Virus record (IMG/VR): IMGVR_UViG_3300030372_000635
Location: 1-56,980 of that record
From: a virus
Taxonomy: Duplodnaviria > Caudoviricetes
Direction: 5' to 3' (one strand)
Length of the DNA stretch: 56,980 nt
Under the pieces are notes generated by a model. That model made no database searches. It had not been told where the DNA came from and saw only the letters and a program-made list of their open reading frames with translations. The position numbers and the translations under genes are program-made. Below are positions 1 to 9,056 of this stretch, in pieces. The first letter of the stretch is position 1; every line of letters starts with the position of its first letter.

Positions 1-215
1 ATGATTACTTTTGGGGTCATCCACCTAGAAATTATGGAAGGTTTAATGATAAGTGTGATATAGGTGATAATAGAATTTATGATATGATTGTTGACTATCC
101 AGAAGAGGTAGCACTTTTATTAGAAGATCTTGGATACACAGCTGATGAGTTACATGAGATGTTGGGTATACAAGATCATGGGTACATTAATGAATACTTA
201 GAGAGGGTAAGCTAA
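1..215 (+). CDS. C-terminal end of the M28/M20-type peptidase that starts at 56080 (wraps the contig junction)
   Basis: Frame from 63 reads GDNRIYDMIVDYPEEVALLLEDLGYTADELHEMLGIQDHGYINEYLERVS, TAA at 213-215 overlapping next ATG (TAATG). Confidence 0.85.
   Translation, partial: DYFWGHPPRNYGRFNDKCDIGDNRIYDMIVDYPEEVALLLEDLGYTADELHEMLGIQDHGYINEYLERVS
62..138. repeat. 77-nt exact copy of the window end (circularisation/assembly overlap)
   Basis: AGGTGATAATAGAA...CTTGGATACA at 62-138 is identical to 56904-56980. Confidence 0.95.
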
Positions 216-442
216 TGATAGTATACAGAACTACAGTAATGAAAGGTGATAAACTTATAGCACAGTTTCACTCGCATGATTTAACTGAAGCCAACGATAA
301 AGCTCAAACAGTTGCAGAGAGTGGTGCAGTTGTTACAATCGCCACAGTTATACAAGCTGTTGATGGTGAATGGGAGAATACTAGTGAAGATAATCTAGTA
401 ATGCGTTACCGATATGCAACACCTAAATCTTTTCTAGATTGA
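215..442 (+). CDS. hypothetical early protein
   Basis: 75 aa ORF, TAATG coupling to the upstream gene. Confidence 0.75.
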   Translation: MIVYRTTVMKGDKLIAQFHSHDLTEANDKAQTVAESGAVVTIATVIQAVDGEWENTSEDNLVMRYRYATPKSFLD

Positions 443-448
443 TGGTAC

Positions 449-540
449 TTGAATTATAGTAAATGATTACTATATATACTTATAGTATTACTTAAAGTAT
501 ATTACTAATACTATAAGTATTAATATTAACACTTAAAGTA
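449..540 (+). promoter_or_regulatory. promoter-like element followed by TACTTWAAGTA-type palindromic repeats (operator or origin array)
   Basis: TTGAAT at 449, AT-rich -10-like boxes, then TACTTATAGTA 477, TACTTAAAGTA 489, TACTATAAGTA 509, ACTTAAAGTA 531. Confidence 0.55.
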
Positions 541-550
541 TGAGGAGATA

Positions 551-958
551 ATGATAAATAAAATACCAGAATTTTGTCAGTCACATTGGCTATGGAGAAT
601 ACCTTTAGCTATTGTATTTATACAACAAGGTTGGTGGAAGATGCCTGTTGATATAGCAGAAGCAGAATCGTATGGTTTATCCTATCTAACATGGTGGGTG
701 GTAGCTTATGGTGAATTTCTTGCAGGTATAGGTTTACTTGTAGGTGGTATCCTTAACAGAATGTGGATGTATGAGATGCCTGATTGGGTAGGGGATATAG
801 TCACTAGATTTAGTGGTATCACTATGTGTTGTATTATGACAGGTGTAATATGGATAGGTGATCCAGAAAGTATACTTGATGTGTTGTTCTATGATAACCT
901 TCATGTATTACTGTGGGTTGGTGGATTATATTTTTCATTGAGAGGTAATAGAGTATGA
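551..958 (+). CDS. DoxX-family membrane protein
   Basis: LWRIPLAIVFIQQGWWK and YGEFLAGIGLLVGG match the DoxX R...F...G..K / E...G..L..G pattern; about 4 hydrophobic segments; GAGGAG RBS. Confidence 0.75.
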   Translation: MINKIPEFCQSHWLWRIPLAIVFIQQGWWKMPVDIAEAESYGLSYLTWWVVAYGEFLAGIGLLVGGILNRMWMYEMPDWVGDIVTRFSGITMCCIMTGVIWIGDPESILDVLFYDNLHVLLWVGGLYFSLRGNRV

Positions 959-1158
959 GTGACGAGATAAAACAAGCATGTCAAAAGCAAGCTGAAGATG
1001 CTTATAAGATGTTTCTTTGGTTTTGTAAGTGGTTTTCTTACTACTGCATCTTTCTTCTTGTCGTATTAGCATCTTGTAACTTTGGTGTTGATGGATCAGG
1101 TGGTAAAGGTAGATCAGATTTACATCAAGAGTATAAAGAAAGGATGGGATTGAAATGA
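955..1158 (+). CDS. small membrane protein, possible lipobox (LASC)
   Basis: 67 aa, hydrophobic stretch ending VLASC; ATGA overlap. Confidence 0.6.
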   Translation: MSDEIKQACQKQAEDAYKMFLWFCKWFSYYCIFLLVVLASCNFGVDGSGGKGRSDLHQEYKERMGLK

Positions 1159-1325
1159 TTAGTGAAGATGGTATAAGAGAATGGGCATTTGAAGAGGCAG
1201 AGGCTGCATTTTCTCATTTGCTTGAGAGTCCTGCAAAAGATAAGATAGTTTATCAAATGGCTATGCAGTTAATAGAAGATGCACAAAATGATTTAGACAT
1301 AGACAGGTTTGATGATGGAGTTTAA
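1155..1325 (+). CDS. small acidic hypothetical protein (56 aa, not in ORF track)
   Basis: MISEDGIREWAFEEAEAAFSHLL...DRFDDGV; ATGA overlap upstream and overlaps integrase start. Confidence 0.65.
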   Translation: MISEDGIREWAFEEAEAAFSHLLESPAKDKIVYQMAMQLIEDAQNDLDIDRFDDGV

Positions 1326-2412
1326 GTATACAACTAAGTATCGTAAAGCTGATGGTACTTTATCTTGGAGATTCACACCACCTGATGATGTAAAAGTTGC
1401 AGGTGTTGTTAGTAATGTTACATTCCAAGATGGTAGAACTGCCAGATATGAGATACCTAAACTACTAAAACTGATTGAACAATACAAGAAGGGTGAGATC
1501 AAGGCAGGTAGAATAGGTTCTCGCAGTACTTTGCGTCAGGTATTTGCACATTACAGAGACTCATTTCACTTTAAGAGACTCTCGTATAACACTGAAATTG
1601 CTTACACTTATGGGTTACACTACGTGTGTAGAACAAAAGTATTTGGTAAAGAGTTCGGTGATATACCTATTGGAACGATAAACCCACAGCATTGTGCAGA
1701 AGCATATCAGACTTGGTGCGAGTTAGTTAGCGTTAGTAGTGGTAATACTCATGCTAGATTGTTATCTGTATTGTTAAACTATTGTGTGTCTCTTGATGTG
1801 ATAAAGAATAATCCCATGTCTAAGGTACAGAAAGAACATCATGAACCTAGATCAGTAGTCTGGACTAAAAGTCAAGTAGAATTATTCCTTGATACTGCAT
1901 TTAATCATTTTAATTATAGGAATATAGGATTGTTAGTGCTTATGTGTTACGAGTGGGGACAAAGACCAGCTGATATACGTAACTTAACTTGGAATTGTAT
2001 CAACTTTGAAGATAAAAAAATTACAATAACACAAAGTAAACGTGGTGCTACAGTAGTATTACCAATACCATCTAATATAATTGACATGCTTAACCAACAG
2101 TTTGAAGACTGGGGGTGGCAACAATATGTAATACCCTATCACAGAGCTTCTGATGGGTGCTACAGACCGTATACTTGTTCTCAAGTGGGTGAGTATACTA
2201 ATATAGTTAAGGCTCTGTGTGACCTTCCTGATGACCTTAGAGCAGGTGATCTAAGAAAGACTGCTATCAATGAGATGATAGAGAGTGGTGTAGATCAACT
2301 AGCAATCATGTCTGTTACAGGTCACAAGAATGTACAAAGTCTTAACCCATACAACAAACATAATTACAACACTGCTAATCAAGCATTACAGAAAAGAAAA
2401 AGTATTGCTTGA
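1309..2412 (+). CDS. int: tyrosine recombinase / integrase
   Basis: Catalytic pattern GQRPADIRNL (R), QSKRG (K), DLRKT (R), TGHKN (H), NPY (Y); N-terminal SAM-like region ending NNPMSKV. Confidence 0.9.
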   Translation: MMMEFKYTTKYRKADGTLSWRFTPPDDVKVAGVVSNVTFQDGRTARYEIPKLLKLIEQYKKGEIKAGRIGSRSTLRQVFAHYRDSFHFKRLSYNTEIAYTYGLHYVCRTKVFGKEFGDIPIGTINPQHCAEAYQTWCELVSVSSGNTHARLLSVLLNYCVSLDVIKNNPMSKVQKEHHEPRSVVWTKSQVELFLDTAFNHFNYRNIGLLVLMCYEWGQRPADIRNLTWNCINFEDKKITITQSKRGATVVLPIPSNIIDMLNQQFEDWGWQQYVIPYHRASDGCYRPYTCSQVGEYTNIVKALCDLPDDLRAGDLRKTAINEMIESGVDQLAIMSVTGHKNVQSLNPYNKHNYNTANQALQKRKSIA

Positions 2413-2437
2413 TATTAATATTAATCACTGATACTAT
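2409..2437 (+). promoter_or_regulatory. sigma70-type promoter for replication genes
   Basis: TTGATA-17 nt-TACTAT with extended TG; AAGGAG RBS before 2460. Confidence 0.6.
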
Positions 2438-2459
2438 TCTAAAAAAGAAAGGAGATTGA

Positions 2460-4058
2460 ATGAACGATAACCCCCATCAACCATGTCCTTATGTAGATTG
2501 TGGATCATCTGATGCATTCAACTGGCACAATGATGGGTATGGATATTGTCATAGCTGTGGTGAGTCCTATCCATCTAAGACTAAGTTAAGCACATTTGAT
2601 TGGGTGCAACATAGATATCCAGTAAAGAGGAGAGTAAATGTAATGGATATAGAAGTAAACGGAATGACCTTTGATGGCATACGTAGTATTGATCCTGAAG
2701 TTTGTAAACTGTATGGTATACAAATACAAACTGACAAGGATGGTAATCCTATTCGCTATGCCTACAAGTATCCACACACTGTCAAGTACAGAGACTACAA
2801 TGACAAGTCTAAGTCTTGGATCAAAGACAGAGGTGTGGGTATGAATGAACTATTTGGTCCTGAGTTTAATCAAGGATCATCACACAGGATTTATATTACT
2901 GAGGGTGAGTTTGATGCAGCTAGTTTGTATCAGATACTCAGACAAAAGTTTCCTGTTAAGTCTCTGCCTTCTGCATCTATTGGTGAGAAGTTTATTAAGA
3001 ATAATTATAACTACCTTAATGCATTCAAGGAAGTAATCTATGCAGGTGAGCTTGATGAAGCAGGTAGACGAGCTGCTGAAAGAATCTATGAGTCACTGCC
3101 AGAAAAGTTTTACTACGTACCAATGTCTAAGTACAAAGATGCTAATGAGTTTCTAGAGGCAGATGATATAGAGCCTCTGTATTGGGCAGCTCAAAAGCCA
3201 CAGAGGTATTCACCAGAAAACTTCTTTTGTTCTGATGAGGAAGTAGAACAAGCCATACTTACAGAGAGTCCCTATGATTACATACCAACAGGTCACTCTG
3301 GACTTGATGATAAGATACGTGGTGTTGTAAAGGGTGGTCTTACTTTTATTAAAGCACCAAGAGGTACAGGTAAGACAGAGGTAGTCAGATACTTTGAGAC
3401 TGGTCTACTCAAACATCCTAATACACGTATAGCTTTACTGCATATGGAAGAGATGAAGTCTACTACCTACAGAGCTATGGCTACGTACCATCTTGGTGTT
3501 AATGTCAGGACTAAAGATGATGCAAAAGAAAACAGAGTATCAGAAGATGATGTTATAAAAGCTGCAAAGGATGCTACAGAAGGTGAACGTACAGTAGTAT
3601 TTGAGATGAGGTCACATGATGATCCACTTAAACTATTGGAGTATACTAGACTAGCTGCAACTGTGTATGGTGCAGAGTATATCTTTGTGGATCATGTTCA
3701 AAGACTAGCTTACCTCAGTCAGTCCGGTGTAGATGGTGCTACTTCTGTACTCACATCTCTTGGAGCAAGAATGGCACAGCTGTCTAAAGAATTAAATATA
3801 GGTGTAGTATTTATATCACAAGTCAATGATGATGGTAGAACTAAGTATGCATCATCACTTGAAGAAGAAGCCATCATCTGCATCAAGATTGAAAGAGATA
3901 TTGAAAGTGAAGATGAGATAGTACAGAATACTACTACCTTTATTGTCGATAAGAATAGACCATTCGCTAAGTTAGGGTATGCAGGTACAGTATACTACAA
4001 TCCTGATACTACTATCCTTACTGAAGAGGTTGTAATAGGGAGAGAAGAAGCTGCATGA
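2460..4058 (+). CDS. T7 gp4-like DNA primase-helicase
   Basis: N-terminal Zn ribbon CPYVDCGSSDA...YCHSC, TOPRIM ITEGEFDA and KDANE, Walker A APRGTGKT, FVDH, ISQ, KNR of DnaB-like helicase. Confidence 0.95.
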   Translation: MNDNPHQPCPYVDCGSSDAFNWHNDGYGYCHSCGESYPSKTKLSTFDWVQHRYPVKRRVNVMDIEVNGMTFDGIRSIDPEVCKLYGIQIQTDKDGNPIRYAYKYPHTVKYRDYNDKSKSWIKDRGVGMNELFGPEFNQGSSHRIYITEGEFDAASLYQILRQKFPVKSLPSASIGEKFIKNNYNYLNAFKEVIYAGELDEAGRRAAERIYESLPEKFYYVPMSKYKDANEFLEADDIEPLYWAAQKPQRYSPENFFCSDEEVEQAILTESPYDYIPTGHSGLDDKIRGVVKGGLTFIKAPRGTGKTEVVRYFETGLLKHPNTRIALLHMEEMKSTTYRAMATYHLGVNVRTKDDAKENRVSEDDVIKAAKDATEGERTVVFEMRSHDDPLKLLEYTRLAATVYGAEYIFVDHVQRLAYLSQSGVDGATSVLTSLGARMAQLSKELNIGVVFISQVNDDGRTKYASSLEEEAIICIKIERDIESEDEIVQNTTTFIVDKNRPFAKLGYAGTVYYNPDTTILTEEVVIGREEAA

Positions 4059-5902
4059 TAATATTTGATATTGAAACCAATGGTATTAATCCAGACAAGA
4101 TACACTGTATGGTATTTAGAGATACAGATGATGAAGTATCTAAGTGTACTGCTACAGATGACTACAATTACATGCGAGATGTATTGTTATCTGCTCAGGG
4201 ATTAGTAGGTCACAATATCATACGTTATGATGTACCAGTATTAGAACGTATACTAGATATTAATATTACTGCTAGACGTTTTGACACTCTGCCTATGTCT
4301 TGGGTTCTTAATCCAACTAGACCTAAGCATGGACTTGATAGTTTCTTTGCTGACTTTGGTATACCTAAACTAAAGATAGATGATTGGGAGAACCTATCTC
4401 TGCAAGAGTATGTTGATAGATGTACTAATGATGTGATGATAACAGATGCATTGTGGACAAACTTGTTGAAAAGATTTCTACATCTATACAAAGATAAGTA
4501 TGAATTAGATAAGTTTTTCAGATACTTAGAGTTTAAAATGGAGTGTGCAAAAGAAGCTGAACAACAAGGTTGGAAGTTAGATCTAGACATGGCTAAGTCT
4601 TGTGTAGATAAACTACTAACTCTACAAGCAGAGAAGGTAACAGAACTATCTGATGCTATGCCTATGAGAAAACTATATAGGGTACAGACTAAACCTAAAG
4701 TATGCTTTAAGAAAGATGGTTCTCTTTCATCTCATGGTAAGAGATGGTATTCTTTACTAGAAGAGTATGGTTTACCTAAAGGTTACAATGGTGAAGTGAC
4801 AGTAGTAAAAGGTGCAGAAGATGCTAACCCTAACTCTACTGATCAAGTAAAAGATTGGTTAAAGTCTTTAGGTTGGAAACCTTGTACATTTAAATACAAC
4901 AAGAACAAAGACACTGGTGAAGAAAAGAAAGTAGAACAAGTCAGAAAGAATGGTGAGCTTACAGAGTCTGTAAAGTTATTAATAGAAAAGAACCCAGCTG
5001 TTGCAACATTAGAAGGTCTTACTATTATACAACATAGACTAGGTATCTTTAATGGCTTTGTTGAATGCGAACAAGATGGTTATCTCAAGGCAGAGATAGA
5101 TGGTCTTACTAATACTTTTAGATTTAAACATAAGAAACCTCTTGTTAATCTTCCCGGAGTTGATAAGCCTTGGGGTAAAGAGATACGTAGTTGTTTAGTA
5201 GCACCTGAAGATTCTACATTATGTGGTGCTGACATGACTTCTCTTGAGGATACAACTAAGAGACATTACATGAAACCATACGACCCAAAGTATGTAGAAG
5301 AAATGTCAAGAGATGGTTTTGATCCTCACCTTGACCTTGCTAAACATGCAGGCAAGATTACACAAGATGATATTAATAAACATAATAGTGGTGAAAAAGA
5401 TTTGAAGTCACTACGAAAGAATTTTAAAGTGGTTAATTATTCTGCTACCTATGGTGTAGGTGCAGCTAAGTTATCCAGAGAGACAGGTATGTCTGTACGT
5501 GAAGCACAAGAACTTCTTGATGCTTATTGGAAAAGAAATTGGTCTGTCAAAGCTTTCTCTGAATCTCAACCTATACGAACAATAGCAGGTGAGATGTGGA
5601 TACAAAATCCTGTGAGTAAGTTCTGGCATAGTCTTCGCTACGAGAAAGATGCATTCTCTACTATTAATCAAAGCACAGGTTCTTATTGCTTTGACAAGTG
5701 GGTGGCATTCTATCGTACTAGAAGACCAAACATTGTGGGTCAGTTCCATGATGAAAGTATTAATGTAGTTCCTTTGGGCGAAGAGAAGGAACATGAGAAT
5801 GCATTGTATTGGGCAGTTGATAAGTTAAATGAACAGCTCAAATTAAATGTAGAATTAGGTATTGATGTACAGTTTGGAAAAAATTATGCACAAATACATT
5901 AA
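4055..5902 (+). CDS. polA: family A DNA polymerase with 3'-5' exonuclease
   Basis: FDIETNG, GHNIIRYD exonuclease motifs; motif A GADMTSLE, motif B RKNFKVVNYSATYG, motif C QFHDE. Confidence 0.95.
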   Translation: MIIFDIETNGINPDKIHCMVFRDTDDEVSKCTATDDYNYMRDVLLSAQGLVGHNIIRYDVPVLERILDINITARRFDTLPMSWVLNPTRPKHGLDSFFADFGIPKLKIDDWENLSLQEYVDRCTNDVMITDALWTNLLKRFLHLYKDKYELDKFFRYLEFKMECAKEAEQQGWKLDLDMAKSCVDKLLTLQAEKVTELSDAMPMRKLYRVQTKPKVCFKKDGSLSSHGKRWYSLLEEYGLPKGYNGEVTVVKGAEDANPNSTDQVKDWLKSLGWKPCTFKYNKNKDTGEEKKVEQVRKNGELTESVKLLIEKNPAVATLEGLTIIQHRLGIFNGFVECEQDGYLKAEIDGLTNTFRFKHKKPLVNLPGVDKPWGKEIRSCLVAPEDSTLCGADMTSLEDTTKRHYMKPYDPKYVEEMSRDGFDPHLDLAKHAGKITQDDINKHNSGEKDLKSLRKNFKVVNYSATYGVGAAKLSRETGMSVREAQELLDAYWKRNWSVKAFSESQPIRTIAGEMWIQNPVSKFWHSLRYEKDAFSTINQSTGSYCFDKWVAFYRTRRPNIVGQFHDESINVVPLGEEKEHENALYWAVDKLNEQLKLNVELGIDVQFGKNYAQIH

Positions 5903-5908
5903 TACTAC

Positions 5909-5938
5909 TTGCATTGTAAATAGTAATCGTGTTACAAT
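5909..5938 (+). promoter_or_regulatory. sigma70-type promoter upstream of SSB-like gene
   Basis: TTGCAT-18 nt-TACAAT with TGn extension; AGGAG RBS. Confidence 0.5.
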
Positions 5939-5967
5939 AATTTTTTGATTAATTATAGGAGTCTTAA

Positions 5968-6495
5968 ATGGCAACAAGAAAAGTAATATTAACCGGTATC
6001 TCCGAGTGGGCAAAAGTATTTGAACAGAATCGTGACAAGACTGGTTATAAACCAACACCTGAAGCACAAGGTACATATGAAGCAACTGATGGTGCTTGTA
6101 CCATTGATGTAATATTAGATGACGATAACTTTGGTAAGCTAAAGTCTTCTAAGTCTATGAAGAAGGGTGTTGTAGATGCTCAAGGTAGAGGTCAGAAGAT
6201 AACTTTTGATAGAAAGTTCAAGACCAATAATGATTGGGAGTGTGGTCCACCAATCGTTGTAAAGAATGATGATGCACCTTGGAGCTATGATGAAGATGGA
6301 CCAATTGGTAATGGGTCTACTGTTCAAGTTCACCTATCTGTATATGATATACCGAAGTATCAGAACGTAGGAACTAGACTAGAGAAGGTAAAAGTTCTTG
6401 AGCATGTAGAGTATATTCAACCACAGACTGATGGTGACGTGCCTCCCTCTACGAAAAAACCATCTAAGAACACAAGTGAAGAAGTACTCTTTTAA
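5968..6495 (+). CDS. single-stranded DNA-binding protein (T7 gp2.5-like)
   Basis: WAKVFE, IGNGSTV, RLEKVKVLEHVEY pattern, acidic tail ending in F; position after polymerase. Confidence 0.7.
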   Translation: MATRKVILTGISEWAKVFEQNRDKTGYKPTPEAQGTYEATDGACTIDVILDDDNFGKLKSSKSMKKGVVDAQGRGQKITFDRKFKTNNDWECGPPIVVKNDDAPWSYDEDGPIGNGSTVQVHLSVYDIPKYQNVGTRLEKVKVLEHVEYIQPQTDGDVPPSTKKPSKNTSEEVLF

Positions 6496-6628
6496 GAGAC
6501 CCAAACCACGAAACCTTGAGGCTAAATCTTTACAATCTCCTCAGTTTAGTCTCAAGGTTATTCCCCTTAAAATTAAAAAAATATTTAGAAAAAGAAAACA
6601 TAAAGGATTACCTTATGAAAAAGATTGA
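6476..6628 (+). CDS. small basic protein, ArfA-like (start uncertain: GTG 6476 or ATG 6431)
   Basis: KPRNLEAKSLQSPQFSLKVIPLKIKKIFRKRKHKG fills the gap between the SSB-like and exonuclease genes. Confidence 0.55.
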   Translation: MKKYSFKRPKPRNLEAKSLQSPQFSLKVIPLKIKKIFRKRKHKGLPYEKD

Positions 6629-7478
6629 TACATTAGTAGAAGACATATACTCTACTATACAAGGTGAAGGTAATTGGAATGCAGCTATAACTAAACACTT
6701 CAGTTCTAAATTAGCAATGCTATCTTGCCAGAGGTTTCTTAAACCACAAGAGCCAAGAAGCTATCTTTCTTTGTCGTCAGTTGGAACACCATGTAAACGT
6801 AAGCTATGGTATAAGATTAACTTAGTAGGTAAAGGTGAACCACTAGAAGCATATACATTACTAAAGTTTTTTTATGGGGATATGATTGAAGAATTAATAC
6901 TGTGTTTAACTGCTGCTAGTGGACATAAAGTAGAGGGAATGCAAGACAGACTAGATGTTCATGGTATAAAAGGACACAGAGATGCAATTATAGATGGTAT
7001 GACTATTGATGTTAAGTCATGTAGTAGCTATGCATTTAAAAAGTTTAAAGAGGGAAGGTTAAGAGATGATGATCCATTTGGTTATATATCACAGCTTAGT
7101 TCATATGTTTATGCAGGTAAAGATGATCCACTTGTTACTAATAAAACACATGGTGCTTTCCTTGCAGTTGATAAACAGAATGGACATGTTTGTCTGGATG
7201 TTTATGATTTCTCTAAAGAATTAGAAACTAAAGAGAAAGAGATATTAGAAGTTAAAGATATGGTTAAAGGAGATATACCAGAAGAGAGAATAGATCCAAT
7301 ACCACAATCTAAAACTAGTCCTAATACTAAACTTAGTGTGCAATGTAGTTATTGTGAGTACAAGAAAACTTGTTGGCCGGAGATGAGAACATTCTTATAT
7401 TCTTATGGTCCTGAGTTTCTTATTAAAGTAAAAAGTAAACCTAAAGTTAAAGAGGTGATAGATGAGCAGGTCAGCTAA
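6615..7478 (+). CDS. PD-(D/E)xK Cas4-like exonuclease (likely start ATG 6615)
   Basis: LSSVGTPCKRKLWY, GHRD...IDVKS, Y..QL..Y, C-terminal CSYCEYKKTC; AAGGA RBS before 6615. Confidence 0.85.
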   Translation: MKKIDTLVEDIYSTIQGEGNWNAAITKHFSSKLAMLSCQRFLKPQEPRSYLSLSSVGTPCKRKLWYKINLVGKGEPLEAYTLLKFFYGDMIEELILCLTAASGHKVEGMQDRLDVHGIKGHRDAIIDGMTIDVKSCSSYAFKKFKEGRLRDDDPFGYISQLSSYVYAGKDDPLVTNKTHGAFLAVDKQNGHVCLDVYDFSKELETKEKEILEVKDMVKGDIPEERIDPIPQSKTSPNTKLSVQCSYCEYKKTCWPEMRTFLYSYGPEFLIKVKSKPKVKEVIDEQVS

Positions 7479-7818
7479 AGCTAAAGGTAGACTAGGACAA
7501 CAAGAGATACGTGATAAACTATTGGAGTCCTTTCCACATTTTGAAAAAGATGATATTAAGTCTGCTATAATGGGGGATACAGGTGCAGATATACAGTTCT
7601 CACCACAAGCTAAAAAAAGATTACCATTAGCAATAGAAATTAAAAGACGTAAGAATGAATTAAAAACTGTATATACATATATAGAACAAGCAGTTAAACA
7701 TAATACAGGAGAGCCTGTAGTATTTTATAGATCAGATCATAGACCTTGGGTTGTAATGATAGGACTAGAACATTACATGGACTTACTTAAAGATTGGAAA
7801 ATAAATGGAGATAACTAA
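7462..7818 (+). CDS. Holliday junction resolvase-like PD-(D/E)xK endonuclease
   Basis: SAKAKGR..QQ, GADI, AIEIKR, QA, PVVFYR. Confidence 0.8.
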   Translation: MSRSAKAKGRLGQQEIRDKLLESFPHFEKDDIKSAIMGDTGADIQFSPQAKKRLPLAIEIKRRKNELKTVYTYIEQAVKHNTGEPVVFYRSDHRPWVVMIGLEHYMDLLKDWKINGDN

Positions 7819-8077
7819 AATGAAGATATGGGCAATGACAGAAGGTCCATATCATTACACAGATTTACCACCTGAAGATATTGAAGACTATCCTCATGTA
7901 GGTGAACTAGAATGGTTTGCTGTTTGTAAAGTAGAAATAGATGGCAAGCTTATAGATCACGAGTTTTTCTTTGAGACTCTTGATCAAGTCTATCAATGGA
8001 AAAACTATTTCAATAACAACATGGAGGCACTAGAAATAGATATGAGAGATAAAGATTATTTAGGAAAACTATCATGA
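7805..8077 (+). CDS. hypothetical protein
   Basis: 90 aa ORF overlapping both neighbours. Confidence 0.7.
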   Translation: MEITKMKIWAMTEGPYHYTDLPPEDIEDYPHVGELEWFAVCKVEIDGKLIDHEFFFETLDQVYQWKNYFNNNMEALEIDMRDKDYLGKLS

Positions 8078-8850
8078 GTAAAACAGCTGTGGTATATACA
8101 TGTGCTCATGCAGATCCAGAGGTATCCAATGAGAGATTTACTTGGTTAGGTGAGATGATATATGATCTTAAACCTGACTATGTAATTGATCTTGGAGATG
8201 GAGCAGATATGAGATCATTAAATAGTTACGATACAAAGTATCCTACTGCAATAGCATCACAAAACTATGAGAAAGATATTAATAGTTATAATGATTCTCA
8301 AGAACGTATTAGATACAAGTTTAAAAAGATGAAGAAGAAAAGACCTGCGTTCTTTGGAGCAGAAGGTAATCATGAGCATAGAATAAAGAAAGCAATAGGT
8401 TTTGATCCTAGACTAGAAGGTGTAAAGTATGGTATTAGTTTTAGCCATCTTCAAACTAAGACTTGGTTTGATGAATACTATGAGTATAAAAACTCAGCAC
8501 CAGATGTATTTACAAAAGATGGTGTATCTTATGCACACTATATAGCTACTGGTAATTATGGTACAGCTATGTCAGGAGAGCATCATGCCTATAGTTTGAT
8601 TAAGAAGAGACATTCTTCTACCACAGTTGGACATAGTCATAGAAGACATATCTACTTTAAAGATGATGCATTTCCTAATCCATCTATAGGATTAGTAGCA
8701 GGTTCTTTTAAAGGTGGTCAAGAAGGATGGGCAGGTCAGGCAAACTTAGAGTGGTGGAAAGGTGTAGTCATAAAAAGAAATATAAACAATGGTGCATACG
8801 ATCCAGAATTTGTTTCGTTAGAAAGATTAAAAGCCGAATATGGTAGTTGA
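8074..8850 (+). CDS. calcineurin-like metallophosphoesterase
   Basis: CAH, DLGDGAD, EGNHE, YAH, GHSH motifs. Confidence 0.85.
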   Translation: MSKTAVVYTCAHADPEVSNERFTWLGEMIYDLKPDYVIDLGDGADMRSLNSYDTKYPTAIASQNYEKDINSYNDSQERIRYKFKKMKKKRPAFFGAEGNHEHRIKKAIGFDPRLEGVKYGISFSHLQTKTWFDEYYEYKNSAPDVFTKDGVSYAHYIATGNYGTAMSGEHHAYSLIKKRHSSTTVGHSHRRHIYFKDDAFPNPSIGLVAGSFKGGQEGWAGQANLEWWKGVVIKRNINNGAYDPEFVSLERLKAEYGS

Positions 8851-8879
8851 CAATTAATAATATTTAGATATAACTAGGG
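8847..8879 (+). promoter_or_regulatory. promoter TTGACA-N16-TATAACTAGGG
   Basis: TTGACA 8847-8852, TATAAC 8869-8874; same architecture as 36183-36210 and 51955-51982. Confidence 0.75.
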
Positions 8880-8888
8880 GTTCTTGTT

Positions 8889-9056
8889 ATGGAGTATGAA
8901 GTAGTAATTAATATAAATATAGATGATGATTCTAATATGTTAGAGGTAGGAGATACTAATAATATAGACACTATTACTAGTGCTATAGAGTCTGCTCTTT
9001 ATGATATAGATGACCTAGAAATTAAAGATATAGATGTAGTAAGGAGATTAGATTGA
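8889..9056 (+). CDS. small acidic protein (55 aa, not in ORF track)
   Basis: MEYEVVININIDDDSNMLEV...DVVRRLD directly after the promoter; stop overlaps TTG of next gene. Confidence 0.7.
   Translation: MEYEVVININIDDDSNMLEVGDTNNIDTITSAIESALYDIDDLEIKDIDVVRRLD

Noticed and set aside
1-138. DGR template/variable repeat pair (1-138 versus 56849-56980)
   Set aside because: Differences include an indel and non-adenine changes, no reverse transcriptase is encoded, and the exact 77-nt overlap fits an assembly artefact
477-540. Mini-CRISPR array from the AT-rich repeats (also 52019-52100)
   Set aside because: Units are 11 nt, irregularly spaced, with no spacer-length unique sequences; the Cas4-like gene is a common stand-alone phage exonuclease
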